This document shows, one piece after another, positions 1 to 13,125 of a DNA stretch of 64,000 nt. Below the pieces are notes generated by a model that worked only from the letters and a program-made list of their open reading frames with translations, searched no databases and was not told where the DNA came from. Source of the stretch: Lytechinus pictus. Lineage: Eukaryota. Every line of letters starts with the position of its first letter. Within the stretch, counting starts at the first letter, position 1. Location of the stretch: positions 20,214,001 to 20,278,000 of the forward strand of contig NC_087245.1 of assembly GCF_037042905.1 (NCBI RefSeq), in the 5' to 3' direction. The translations under genes and the position numbers were made by a program.

Positions 1-2788
1 TTCGTGGGCAACAGTAATATTCTGTCTGGTATACATGCAGACGAGCAATCACAACCTTTGAATTTCATGAGCCGAAAATATTTCATTATTTCTTTCGTCA
101 GTTGCACCAAGTTGTTATAAATAACGAATTGTCTGTTTTTCTTATAAATTTTACATTTTCTTTTTCCTGTTTTCTAATCCCATGCGGGAACGCTGCAACC
201 TCAAGGCCTTCTATTTTTATTGCTATGAAAATTCAAATAATTCATGGGTCTGCCTAAAACAGTAGAGCATAAAATTCTGTTTAGTGACCTTCAATTATTA
301 TGGAATTATTCTAGACTTGCCTAGTCTAATTCAATTTCATTATACGACGTTATTAGCGCGTATATAATCATCAATATTTTAAGTTTGTGAACTGAAATTG
401 GCCCCATTTCATAAAAGTCTGTGTGAAAAGCAAATTTCCCGTTAATTCGTTAAATTTTTTAGGCAATCTATTTTCAGAGTGATAGAAATATTGTCCTCGA
501 TATGTTTGAATTTCTCTTAGATTATGAATTTGTTGATGATTTTAATTACTATAAAAGGATCAATATTATAAATTACATTTTGCTATTTTTTTTACTTCTT
601 GGGAAAATAGTACACATATTAAGACATTTTATATAACTTAGGGGCGATTAATTTCTCACGCGAGCGTATTATTTGATCTGTTTTATATATCTGATTTGTT
701 TGTCAATTAAGAAATAACTGAAGAAATAATTTAGAATGTAATTTAGCAAGCAACGAAAAAGACAGACTGTATGACAAAGCAAGTAATTAAATGTATATCT
801 TAACAGAAATGAGACAGAATACCCATGAGTTGGTAAAATATTTGTAAACATCAGCGTTATATAATATGACACACTATTTATTTACACAACATTGTTTCAA
901 GTTTATTTTACTCACCCGTGATCATTCTATTAAAAATACTGAGCAATTTTCTTTGGAAACATCGACATCAGGTTTTGACCAAATATCAAACATTTCATGG
1001 TAAATCGTATATGCGTATTTTTACTTTGACTTCAGTTCTACAATAATGATCATTAAAAATTTTAATGAAAATAATATAGTTTTTATGACTTACTTATATT
1101 TTATCGACATACTTAGTGTGAAGTTCAACATCAATTTAAAGAAATTATGATCTTATACATTCATCTGCGCACACAACATCATGCCTATACGTATTTCGGT
1201 GAAAGAGAAGTTTACTACGATATGGTACAAAAGCAAGCGATGTCATAACTTCTATAACTCTCTTTAGACATGTTAGAAGCGTCGCCTAGATAAGATGTCA
1301 TTGACCTGGTTGGTCTTGAGTAATTATTTCAAATTTTCAATCATCTTGACAACCAACTTGAGCGCTGGCTGGATGAGTAACATTAATTCTGATTCTCAAG
1401 TGTCAATACCACTCTTACAAGAACCACTCGTCGTGGTCTCGCATGATCGAATACTTAAACACTCATTTTAACCACAGCAAAGCCTGCTCGGGATTGAGCA
1501 TGAAGATTTTGGGAGTGGTGTGTCCTTCAAAGCGGTAAAACACGGGTCTTCCAACTCAGAGGGGCTTGAGTGAATTGATTCTGTCTTTTTATTTTGGTAA
1601 TATTTAATCAGAATTACCCCATCAATTTTAGAAATAATACCATTACATAAAGGTGTGATGTAAGTTATTTCTTATATATTTATTGTGCAGCTTCATTAAT
1701 TATTTATTTTATTAGTTTAATTAATTTTTTTGTTATACTTCTTTATTTGTTGTATATATTTATTTATTCCTTTTATGTTTATCTATCTGTTCGTGTTAAG
1801 CTGTCGGTTAGGGGTATTATTCGGTGCTATGAGAAAAGGGCTACGGACTTCGAAGAGGGTAGGGTGTCTCAAATATCCCATTCCCTTTAACAATAATCAA
1901 TGTTACCAGTAAGTGTATCATAAAAAGCTGTGCAGTAAGGTTATGAACAACCTTACAAACATCTAGAATATGACAAGCCAAGATGTATTGAAGTTATTCT
2001 GACACACAATAGAGTAAGGTAAATAAATATATTAGAGATAAAAAGATTCATTAAAAAATACAATTTTGCCTCATCACAAACATTAAAAATACACCCAAAC
2101 TGCATTAAAATGTAGTGAAAACAAAACTGAATTCGCCTTTTGGCAGACAATACGCCAGACATTGTAAAGTCAATGTGTCCCTTCACGAAAGGGTTTGTGA
2201 AACAATCCTCTGGTGTTGTGGTTCATTTCCTTGACTCTAATATAAATCTTAGATACTGTGCTTCTGCCTTAATGCATCACGAGGAAATAAATCCCTTCAC
2301 GAAGGCGGTTTCATGCAGCTCCTGCAAACTCAAAACTCGTCTGCCGTGTATGGTACTATGGTTTACTTCATTTTCTGCTTTTGTTTCCAGGAAATAAAAT
2401 AAAATAATGATATAGTTTTCGATCATCAGCGAGGATTCTAAATCGCAAAGATAACAGAGGTGATGGTGACAAGAAATCTGATGAAATATCAAGAAGGCAC
2501 CAGGCAGCAGCAATACAGAAACAGGACGGTCTTATAGGGTCATGGGGCTACATTTATGAATAATACGACCATTAATCACACCAATCGAAACAGGAATATG
2601 AACTACCTTGGCCTTTAGATCTGTGTGAATTTAAATGGTTATTTATTGTAAAAAATGCCAAAGCGTGAACAGAAGTAGGGCGAAATATTTGAGCTCAGGA
2701 ATATATTTACCCGAACCCATGTAGGAGAAAAAAAAACATAAAAGTGAAATAACAAAACTTTATAGTTAATGATGAAATATGATTGCGC

Positions 2789-2869
2789 ATAGGTATTTTT
2801 TTTTAGCAATAAGAGAAATTCCTGTTTTGTATCACACAGGAATTTCTCTTATTGCTCAAAAATACCTAT
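2789..2869. repeat. Short palindrome/hairpin (perfect 21-bp stem, 10-nt loop, outer 12-bp arm)
   Basis: AGCAATAAGAGAAATTCCTGT (2805-2825) is the exact reverse complement of 2836-2856. ATAGGTATTTTT (2789-2800) pairs with 2858-2869. Confidence 0.9.
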
Positions 2870-3140
2870 TCGTACTAAATACTTTTCGGGGGAGAATCAT
2901 TTTCTCTGAACCAATTTGATCTTCGTTCTATCATCTCATTGCTTATTTTTCTTATTGTTACGTAACGAGTAATGTTATTGCGCAGTATTTTCTTTACTGT
3001 TACGTGACAATTTGATCATCACAAACAAGCGTTACTATGACTACATTTGTTTCTGTGAAGGGCGCGCATCATCAGCCAGTCATCATAGCAACATCTGTCT
3101 GAGGATGCGCTCTAGCTCTCTGATTGATCTGATACCACAC

Positions 3141-3192
3141 ATTGTAAACTCCTGAAGAAGACGGAGGACCGTCGAAAATTCGAGTGAACAAT
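3141..3192 (+). ncRNA. Minimal type I hammerhead ribozyme (Penelope pLTR type)
   Basis: Stem I ATTGT-aa-ACTC / GAGT-ga-ACAAT; core CTGAAGA (3152-3158); stem II GACGG-agga-CCGTC; GAAA (3174-3177); palindromic mini stem III AATT; cleavage site after C3181. AATAAA follows and (TA)n lies ~70 bp downstream. Confidence 0.85.
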
Positions 3193-3256
3193 AAAAACTT
3201 TATTGACAATCAAAGCATTATCGTCAGCATTATTTTATTATATTTATATATATGTA

Positions 3257-3258
<2 letters not shown>

Positions 3259-3300
<42 letters not shown>
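3259..3300. repeat. (TA)n microsatellite
   Basis: Pure TA run directly downstream of the hammerhead-bearing segment. Confidence 0.95.
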
Positions 3301-3301
<1 letters not shown>

Positions 3302-3554
3302 TTATCACCACTGAAGTAAAGGAAGTGTCGATTTTGATATACCCAGTATTAAGTTTTTACGCTATCCAAGTACGATGCGTTATTATACTATAGATAAAGA
3401 GATTGATATGAAAATCTTCACGGAGGAATATTTGAATGTCACTCAGCTTTTACACTCTCGTTATCGACATGACATTCAAATATGCCTCTGTGAAGATTTT
3501 CAAATCTATTTTTTTGTCACAGGTATAACAACACTTATAAAAAGCATTTTTATA

Positions 3555-4171
3555 CTGGGTGTATAAAGAAAGAAAATCAATCACATACATGTATTTCTTA
3601 AAAAAAATATCACAAATTATTGACAATATAATAACATCACTTAAAACTTCATATTATTTATATTTGCATGATTCTTTGACACATATTAGTTACCATGCAT
3701 CACAAAAATTGTTCTAAAGAAGCCGTAGAGCAAAACAGTAGGTGTATTTGAAGGAAAATTGTTAGTGTGTTTCAAGGATCTATGCAAATATTTCCAATGC
3801 TTTATCAAAGTCTTACTTTGGTGTATTTTAAATTAAAATTCTGAATCTTTTCATTCAAAAGCAAAGGTCTGTTGACAAAACTTAAAAAAGATCATGAATC
3901 CAGCAATTTCAGTAAATTGTATTTGTTTTCTTTCATTCATTTTTATTGTTGACCAGGTCCAGTATGTGTTTCATGCAAATGAAATAACTTCACAATAACT
4001 TCTTCACAATAATAGGTTTCAGTGATGAATGGTCCCAGAAAATTCATTGAGGTATCATTGAAATGTAAATAATCTGTATGTTTTAAATAACGCGATTTTT
4101 ATTGTTACTGATCCAATATTTTTCTTAAACGAAGAAATCAAAATTTGGTTTCCATTTTCCTGTACACCCTG
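3555..4171. mobile_element. Old non-autonomous Tc1/mariner-type element with long degenerate TIRs
   Basis: Ends TA|CTGGGTGTA... and ...TACACCCTG|TA. Inverted similarity continues for roughly 100 bp (TTAAAAC..CA.ATTATTTA.ATTT). Confidence 0.55.
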
Positions 4172-5657
4172 TAAAGGGCATACCTTGCATGGGTATGAAA
4201 CACTCGAATATGAAAGCAAATCAAGTAACAACGCACATATCTTCCCACGCTGTCATCAATCATTGATTCAACCAAGAGAAAGACAAATCTTACTTATTTC
4301 CAAGTTATATTCCCGATCTCTGTTTTTTCATGAATCATAATTTGGCTTCTTCATTTCATTACTATCTCAGACGCGCGAACTTTTGATGAAACTTTCCCCC
4401 TGCATCCACTTTGAGTGATGGGATTCATTCCGTTCCCTGCCAGGACAACCCGCCTTTCGTGTTTACCAATCGTTTCACGGAGGGGAATATTGCCAAATAT
4501 CGGGGTTTTTCTATTTCACGAGCCCTCGACATTATTTGCCCGCATGTAGTTTGGCCATTTGTCATTTTTGAAGAGAATCTTCCCGCCAAAAGGAGTCTCC
4601 ATTCTACAGGAAATGGGGAATACTCGGGCCAAGCCGGTTGAGTAATATAGCAATGAAAAGAGGACGCTTGGTCATTCACTTCGAACCTACTTGGTCATTC
4701 TATCCGTCGTCTTTTTATCATTAAAGATGAAACAATGATTTCTTTTTTCTTCTAGGATTTCAAAATCATTACGAATACCCTGTAGAGATAACAAGGAAAT
4801 AGATTCTTTTTGTTTTATACGAAAATATTGATTGATATAAATGACATATGAAAACAAACCAATGACTGCCCGACGTCATGTCCAGACATCAAATCGATTT
4901 TGTAAGATCCAGTAAAATGAGAAATCAGATGATAGTGTTGTCTAGCCTAGATTAAAATTCAAGAACATTGTGAGACACAAATTCAGTAAATTATCACTCA
5001 TACATGGTTTTTCTTCTCTTCGAAAATAATTCACAATTGTCTTTTCATGAGTAAATGAAAATTAAGTACTTGTAAGAAAACTGGATTTCGGTTATAATTT
5101 TTACTCGAAAAAAATCGGACCGATTCAAGGAAAAAAAACACGCCATATCGACCACCATTTGCTACACTCTCGATAAAGCTTGATCTAAATGACCAGCATG
5201 TTTTGAATATGACAGATATGGTCAAACCTAACCAAATTATTGGGAAATTTCTTCCAATATTATTGTTGAAGACCATTTTCCACCAGGACACAAAAGAATT
5301 GTCATTTTGTCCAATCCTTTATTACGAGTAAATGGTCCTGAACTTCTCAAGCATACCCGAGTTCTTTACGCAAGATGCAACAGTTTAAGAATGTAGTCAT
5401 GAAATATATACCCAATATAATGATAAATCCTTTTTTCCGATGAAGATCATATAGTCATCAGAATATAACTATGTATAATGATTCAAGACTGTTTAATGGC
5501 ACACAAGTGTATATGAACTCTAAATGACCGATTGAGCTTGGGGATTGTTCTCCTACGTTGCAACGAAACAGTTTTTTTAAAATAAAGATCTCTCCTCTTC
5601 AGCCTTCTACAACATTTCATCATTCTATTCATGGAAAGTTTAATGACTAATATGATC

Positions 5658-5831
5658 CCAGGGGTGTTTTATAAAGCTGTTCGTAAGTTAACAGACTGTT
5701 GATCCTTTCTTACGCGCTAAATAATCACCAATGAACATTTAAAGGTGAATAACATTTACCACAAGAGAGGGTCACCAGTCGTACTTAAAGTCACTCTTAA
5801 CTTACGATCAGCTTTATGAAAAGGCCCCCTG
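5658..5831. mobile_element. Palindromic MITE, same family as 19269-19447
   Basis: ATAAAGCTGTTCGTAAGTTAA ... TTAACTTACGATCAGCTTTAT inverted arms, closely similar to the copy at 19.3 kb. Confidence 0.85.
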
Positions 5832-8800
5832 CTTTCATTCATTTCATTTTCAGATCCATAAAACTGAGAGAAATAAGAGAAAGAGAGGGGGCAAATAGAA
5901 GGGGAGTAGAGCATAAAAGCGAAAGTCCATGCGATAATAACCCACACCTGGTCGAATTACCGTCATTTTAATCGCTTCGTTTGCTTAACCAAGGAGTAAC
6001 GGAGCTGACCGTGACGTCATCAATAGCCTTTACACGTCTAATGATGAGAACCTGGATTCATCTTTACCTCATTTGCATCACAGTGACGTAAGACAAAACT
6101 ATTAGTATTTGATTATTCACCGAAGGAATAACGTCGATGGGATATACATGTAACATTTTAAAATAATTGAGTCCGAAATCTAAACTACTAGACAACTAAT
6201 ATAAACCAACGTCGGTTTTCTAAAAGAGCAGGCTTAAACAAAACAAAATGGTGTTGTTGTTATTTTTTTACATGAACTGTTACAGTACCAGAAAACAACC
6301 CTTGAATTTCAAATGAGCAATTTTGATTGGATTAAATTCAAGTTGTAATTGATATTTGTAATTATGGTATATCACTGCATTCCGAATGCGACCATGCAGC
6401 TTTAGGCTATTCTCTCAATAAAAAGAGTTGAAATAAAGAAGGCTGTACTTTAGGAAGGATGAAACTGGATCAAAGTTATGCTAATGAAGCCGACATATCA
6501 AATACATCATCCTACAATTGACATTTATTCATCGCCTGTCGGGAAATGTGCCTTTCAATTTCAATATTATTGAGGCAGTCTGCTCTCTTTAACCTCAATT
6601 CTATCTTAATAACTCAATGTAAAATGACCCTATCCATGCTTGCAAAAAAAATGAAGATCTGAAACTTGCATCTTAGAAGCATTTTCTTGTGTTTTAAAAT
6701 TAGTGAAAGTGTATTTATCCACATAGACAATAGCAAACATTGTGGGATTGGTAAGGCGAATTTTATCGCACCTAAATCGATTTATTAATTTCTTTAAAAT
6801 TCTATGCAGTTTAAATGTAAAATATATATATTTCATTTTCCACTTAGTCCACTTTACGTTATAAATTGGGTTTAAGGGACTTACAATTCATTTTAATAAA
6901 AAGTCGAGTTTAAGATTCATCCAAACCCGATTAAAAAGGAGAACAATAGTCTATCTAAACATGACCTGCAAGTTTCAAAATTTAATTTTGATAAAAGTTC
7001 AGAACACTCCAAAAATGTTTTCATTTTCACAGCAATAATGATGTTCCCGCATTGCTGTGTTTGATTTTAACTTCGTGCTTTAGTTTTATAGCTTTGCTAT
7101 TCTTACACATCAAGTCAGAAGATTTATCTTGTAATTGGTTGAAAATATTTCATTGGATATCGAGTATAGGAGGATCTTTGTTTCATCTCAGATTACGCAT
7201 GAATGAAAATTTTTTCACAAAACATATAAACATTGCTTTTTTAAATATTGATTTAGTATTCATTCATGTGTGAGGCCATAATTGATCACAGTGATAACAA
7301 TTTCCCAAGAGAAATAGTACAAGAAATGATTTTTTATCAATTTATAGACGGTAAAATGCTAAGCGATTGCTGGGAATACACACAATGTCTTATGACAATT
7401 CATACATTTTCCATTGCCTTTTTAGAAGATATGCTAATGAGCTATCACTTTCTTACGTAAGGCCGTAGCATCCTAAACAAATCTCGGCCCCCTTTTCTCC
7501 ACAATTTGGTTTTGACATTAATATGTTTTCTTCTCGTTCATCTATGCGTAAAACATTTATATCATAATTATTTGGTGTCAAACTGAAGAGGAAAAGTTGG
7601 ATTTTATGATGATATAGATAAAATAACATAAATTGTTTGGGTATGTTGAAATAATAACTTTGAACTCCTGTTTCCGATTTGTTGGGACTCACTATAATAA
7701 TTATATAGTGTAATTTCATACAAGGTTGTAAAAAACGAGTACTAATAAGTAATTTGATCATTTGAAACTGCATATTATTCAAGAATTGAGTGGTGTTACC
7801 GACAAATGAACCTGTATGATGTACAAAGTTTTAATCAAACAATTCATGACAGGTCGTTTACCTGTTATAAAATGAATATACCAAAGAGTCATGGGAAATT
7901 TGTTGAACAGGCAAAGTCCATATTTTCTAAGCGTCAAAAAGGCAGGTGGAATAATGGTATGACGACAAATAATATTTTCTGATAGAATGGCGTTATCTCC
8001 AGAACTTTTTCAAAAGGAAACGGAGACGAAGGTGAAGATGATCATGATAATGATGATGTTCATTTTTGGATGATGGTAATTACATTTATGTTGATGACGA
8101 TTGGGTTTCTATGGAGACGGCGGAGAAGTAAATAATGCAATGACGAGATTTTAATTTTCTAACATTTATGATAGCTAATGATACCTGTCATGAACTACAT
8201 TGACAAAACCCGCAAAGGACTACTGCAAAATTCTACTGACATAATGGTTCATATGTGTATGTCCTATATGGCGTCTGCCAAGAGTTCAATGTGTTCAGTC
8301 GGAAATGACGCCATTACGTACAGTACCTGCCACACGTGACAACCCCCCACAGTCGGGCGTTTTGTTTACAAACGTGACAGGGGGCAGTTTCACCGGGCGT
8401 CCTCGAGGCCAGGGACCCAATTCCTAATCGGTTTAACTTACCGGATGATCGGAACGAATTTGTATCGACTGGATCAACACAAAAAGTGGGCCATGAAATG
8501 ATGCAAAATATCTTGAGGTCCATTAAAAAGAGATCCGCCGAGCTACCGGTGGTGAAAATAGGTCGGGACGAAGTACCTTGCAATACGCTACCAACATGAC
8601 CAAAAAGACTTCATTAAATTTAATGTGATGGACTGAGCTCTACATGAAGCGTGTCTAAACACACTAGCCAAGACTAAATTGCTCATTCCAGAGGAAATAC
8701 CATTAGAAATAAATTATTTCAAGTATGAATCTATCTCAAATGACCGCAATGTATTTTGCATCATCTAGCAGTCTGAAAATTTGTAATAACGTTCTCCAAT

Positions 8801-9384
8801 ATGATTGTGTTAACAGTTTCAATAATATTCAACCATATTTCTTTCACTTATACATTTTTTTTTGGGGGGGTCGATTTTTTTTCTATCCACGTAATTAATT
8901 ACTACATTAATTGGTTAGAGGTAAGATTTTGGTATATTTAACCAATATTACCCATTGTGTTGATCAATTTTCAGGTTTGTTTTTCGAGCACATACTATAG
9001 CCACATATTTGTCATCTTGACCAATAGTTTTAGAGTTTACTTCGAGTTAGGAATATTCTTCCATTTCTATTTTTCTTATAGATTAAATAAGAAAATAAAT
9101 CTTACAAAATGAATAACACAACAAAATGATGTATGGTAAAAAATATCACAGTTAAATTTTAAAAATAAAAATGATAAATAAATAGGCTGCATTGAAGTTG
9201 GAGCAATGTATATCTGGAAAGCGAAACATGGAAACTGGTACACCTAGGAAATAAAAAAAAGACGAATTATAATTTGAATATCCAATAGAGAAGTAGTCGT
9301 TGATCATTTAACCAACCACTCAGACATGAAACAGATCAATATTGTTTAAACTAATTAATCAATCAGCTAACAAATCAACCAAGT

Positions 9385-9406
9385 GATCAATCAATCAATC
9401 AGATAA

Positions 9407-9483
<77 letters not shown>

Positions 9484-9535
9484 TATGAATGAATGAATGA
9501 ATGAATCAATCAATCAATGAGTCTAACAATCAATC

Positions 9536-9571
<36 letters not shown>

Positions 9572-9640
9572 TCAATGAATGAATGAATCAATCAATAAAT
9601 AAATCGATCAACTAATCGATTCATAAATCCATCCAAATCA
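9385..9640. repeat. Compound tetranucleotide microsatellite (AATC)n/(AAAT)n/(AATG)n
   Basis: Directly visible tandem tetramers. Confidence 0.95.
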
Positions 9641-12289
9641 AACAAATAATCGACAGTTTGATCGATATGAAATATCCAATTCCCTTTTTCCCTCCACATA
9701 ATTTGTAATGGGTAGGGAGTAAAGTCCCCTCATGCCCTTTTAATCTACTTCCATCTCCTTGCATGAAACCTTCCAAACCGAATGAGTCAACTTCCGTGAA
9801 AGCATCACGCCTCAGGTGTAGAAGACAGACTGGATTGAAACTTCTAGCACGGTTCCACGTGCACCCCAGTACTAGACAGACAATTTTTCCACCTTAAGCA
9901 GCTGCCAATCGCTGCACCTATCCAGTCTGACTTCTAAGTCCTGTACTATACCTTATATGGTGATAAACAAATCCTTTCCATATTGGTGATAGAATTAAGT
10001 CACGTACGATTTGAATATAGCCTGACTTTGACAAGCAAAATGTATATCTCGATCATTTCTAATCGCAACAATTTACTTAAAAATAATTATGCACATGTTT
10101 TATTTGCTGTTAAAACACATTTTATTGGCCTTATGATTGTCATTGGTAACATTGTTGGTAACTTTACGATAAGCTTTATGGAATACTTGCCAGGATACGC
10201 TGCGCAATGTAAAGTCTACTTTGCGTGGAATGGTTAGTGACTTGATGTCAACAAACCCCCATCTAACATAATTACTTCTGAATACATTTTCACAGCCCCT
10301 CATGTGCTAGGAGAATCATGATGGATTTCATAATTGATTAGATTTCAGTCGGCTTAATCAAACATTATCACATAAGCTAACGGGTTTATAACGCGACCTC
10401 GAGAGGGTGTCAATTGGTTAGTGTGGAGACGATAATACTCTTTAAACTGTATTTATACTCCCACCCAAGCGATTGCACATATGACGTATTTTAAAGGATA
10501 TTTTTTTACGCTTAACATGCATCCTACTATATCTTCTGTGAATGGTAGAGGTGAATCTGATAATCAAATCATGAAATGGATATTCATTTAAATTATTCAA
10601 TGGTACATCATTCATCCGATTAGAGTGTGATGATAGAGTGGAAAACCATACAAGGAAGTCCCATATTTAAGAAAGAATCAGTAATTTACTGATTCTTTCA
10701 TGGATGGGTATTAAATAAATACGGTATACGATTCATATTTCATGATTATCATGTCTAGGTATCAGGGATGAGGTTTCGAAAAAACACCCATCTCAGTTCA
10801 ATCTATAGCGTATTATTTTGATCCCATCACTGGCCTTCACACGGTTATGGCGAAACAAGAGTATGAGATCAAAGCTCACTCTCCAACTAAAGTGCTATAT
10901 GATATGGCTTCAAGTTATGTCAAGTCAGCCAGTCGACTCAATTTTCCTCAAAAAATATCTCACGTTAACAACAACTTTAAGTGAGAAACATGTGACATCT
11001 AAATTAATCTTGAAAACAAACGAGAATCACCAAAAGTTATCACAAAGTCACGTAACCAGTTTCGCCAGATATGAGAAACATTAGTAGAGTGAGTTTCGAG
11101 TAGTCCCAGAGTATACACGGCGGTACGTCAAAAATTAGTTAATGATACGAATTTTGCTACAAAAAGAACCCAAACTTACTCTTAAAGATATCAACTAATT
11201 AAAGGTTTAAAACTTGTGCCCTAATATGAAAGAGTTCTTGGTAGAGGACAACCCTAATCCTGTCAATATCTTGTTGAATATTATCTTTTTGTATGTTCAT
11301 CTACATATTTATGTGTACCATTAAGGGCTATCTGGAGTTTACGGCCAATGCCCAAAGCTGCTTCAATCTATACATGGCTTTGGCAATGGACGAATGTTAA
11401 CCCTATATCAAAAGAGGGTAGAATGGGGATTTCCGTTTTAAAAGAGGGTTATCGGGATATTGTGCAATGCGGAACACCATTCTCGATTACGAAGTCAATA
11501 CTTGACCCTTTTAATCAACAGGTGAGAAACGAGATCAAGCAGTCGGACTTCCAATCAGACTGTAACTGAACTTAACATTGATCCAAAATCGAGGATGTCA
11601 ACCTGCTCTAAAAGATCAACATGCATGTGAGAACTTAAAGATAAAGGTTCAAGGAAAATATCAACAGTGACAATTCTTCGTGCTTTGGCTTTTGAAAAGG
11701 GAGATAAAATATTTTGAATATCATGAAAAAGAAAATGACCGAATTCATCGATTGAATCTTGATGAAAACTACATCGTGATGAATACGTGGTGAAAGGGAA
11801 TAGAATCAGTGATGAGCCTATAATGTGTTCAAAGTTATGGATCTTAATCTTGAAGATTGATGATTCGAGGATAGCCTTGCACTTGATAACGTATAAATGA
11901 ATTACTATGGAATTAAATAGATCATTTAATTTTTTTTCTTGTATCCTTCCTCCGTTAAGGTCGGAGATCGCTGGTATCAGTAGAAATGACTACAGACACA
12001 TCACCACATCATCTTTAAGGTTGAATTAAAGCACATTTCCGGCTTAAAATGAATCCCCAAAAGTGGACTAATTGGGGATACATTTCTGCAAGCATAGCCC
12101 GGAACCTGGTTTTAACATCCTCTTGTCATCCATTTCCTTCCCCATTCCTAGAGGCAACAAGTGGAACGTCTCTGGCAGTCTCGCATGCATTACGCGATTC
12201 GATATAGCTGCAGTGCTGACTTTGAAAACAGCTATTATGGAATAATTATTTACAAAAGTAAACACTCGTATGATGATAAAATACTATGT

Positions 12290-12647
12290 CCATTGATCCA
12301 GCATGACCTTTGACCATGATCATGTGACCGAAGACATGTGCAAACCATACTTGATTACCCTTATGTCTATGTTTCATGAACTACATGTGTAGATCTATAA
12401 ACTTTCTAAGTTATGATGCCAATTCAACAGATACCCCCAACACGGCCAAAGTTAATTGAACTTAAATGACCTTTGATCTTGATCATGTGACCTGAAACGT
12501 GCACAGGACATTGCAGGATATTCAGGGATTTCCCAAAACTTAACCTTGGTTAAGATTTCAATGTTGACGACGACGCCGCCGTCGCTTTCACCGTCGCCGG
12601 AAAAGCGGCGCCTATAGTCTCGCTCTGCTATGCAGGCGAGACAAAAA
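12290..12647 (+). mobile_element. Non-autonomous Helentron/DINE-like (pearl/Tsp-type) element, 3' part
   Basis: Two TGACCTTTGA..TGATCATGTGACC cores ~162 bp apart, then a GACGACGCCGCC short repeat and terminal hairpin GTCTCGC...GCGAGAC (12617-12642) followed by AAAAA. Confidence 0.7.
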
Positions 12648-12696
12648 TTGGAATTGCTTCAGGATTCTCGTCCGTCTCAGTAAGGGACTGACTTAC

Positions 12697-12832
12697 CCTT
12701 GTGCTGATATTATGAAATAATGGAGGTAAAATCAATGTCCAAAGTAAAAGAGTCATAGGAGATGCTGTATGGAACATGCTAAATGCAATAGTGTCTCATG
12801 TAATAACTTTTATGATGAAAACATATAAATGG
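12697..12832 (-). other. Candidate exon of a minus-strand gene
   Basis: Acceptor TTTTATTTCATTTACAG| and donor CAAGG|GTAAGT flank 136 nt. Contains ATG-initiated MFHTASPMTLLLWTLILPPLFHNISTR ending in phase 0. Confidence 0.45.
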
Positions 12833-12907
12833 CTGTAAATGAAATAAAACCGAATACAACAGACATGACAACTGTTCAATGTGTAGTTTAATTCTAACAT
12901 AAATATA

Positions 12908-13125
12908 CACTCTTAGGGACCCTTCGTACCGTATTTGGAACCCTCGAGAAAAATGGTTCCCAAAAGGGTTATATGCGTGCTCAAGAACTTAAAATAGTTT
13001 TATTAAGAATCTAGAAGGTTCCAAAGTGGCTGTTCAAGGTAAATTAGAACCTTTTAGGGAACCTTTAAACATTCCAAATAAGGGACAAGCATTGAACCTT
13101 ATAAGAACCCTTGGTTTATTTTTTA
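12908..13125. mobile_element. Degenerate MITE with GAACC/GGTTC sub-repeats (CACT-type end)
   Basis: Starts CACTCTTAG; multiple GAACC(C/T) and GGTTC motifs in both orientations. Confidence 0.45.

Noticed and set aside
4776..4790. miR-10-like TACCCTGTAGA (and miR-31-like TGGCAAGATG at ~39226)
   Set aside because: Only 10-11 nt match and no supporting precursor hairpin.
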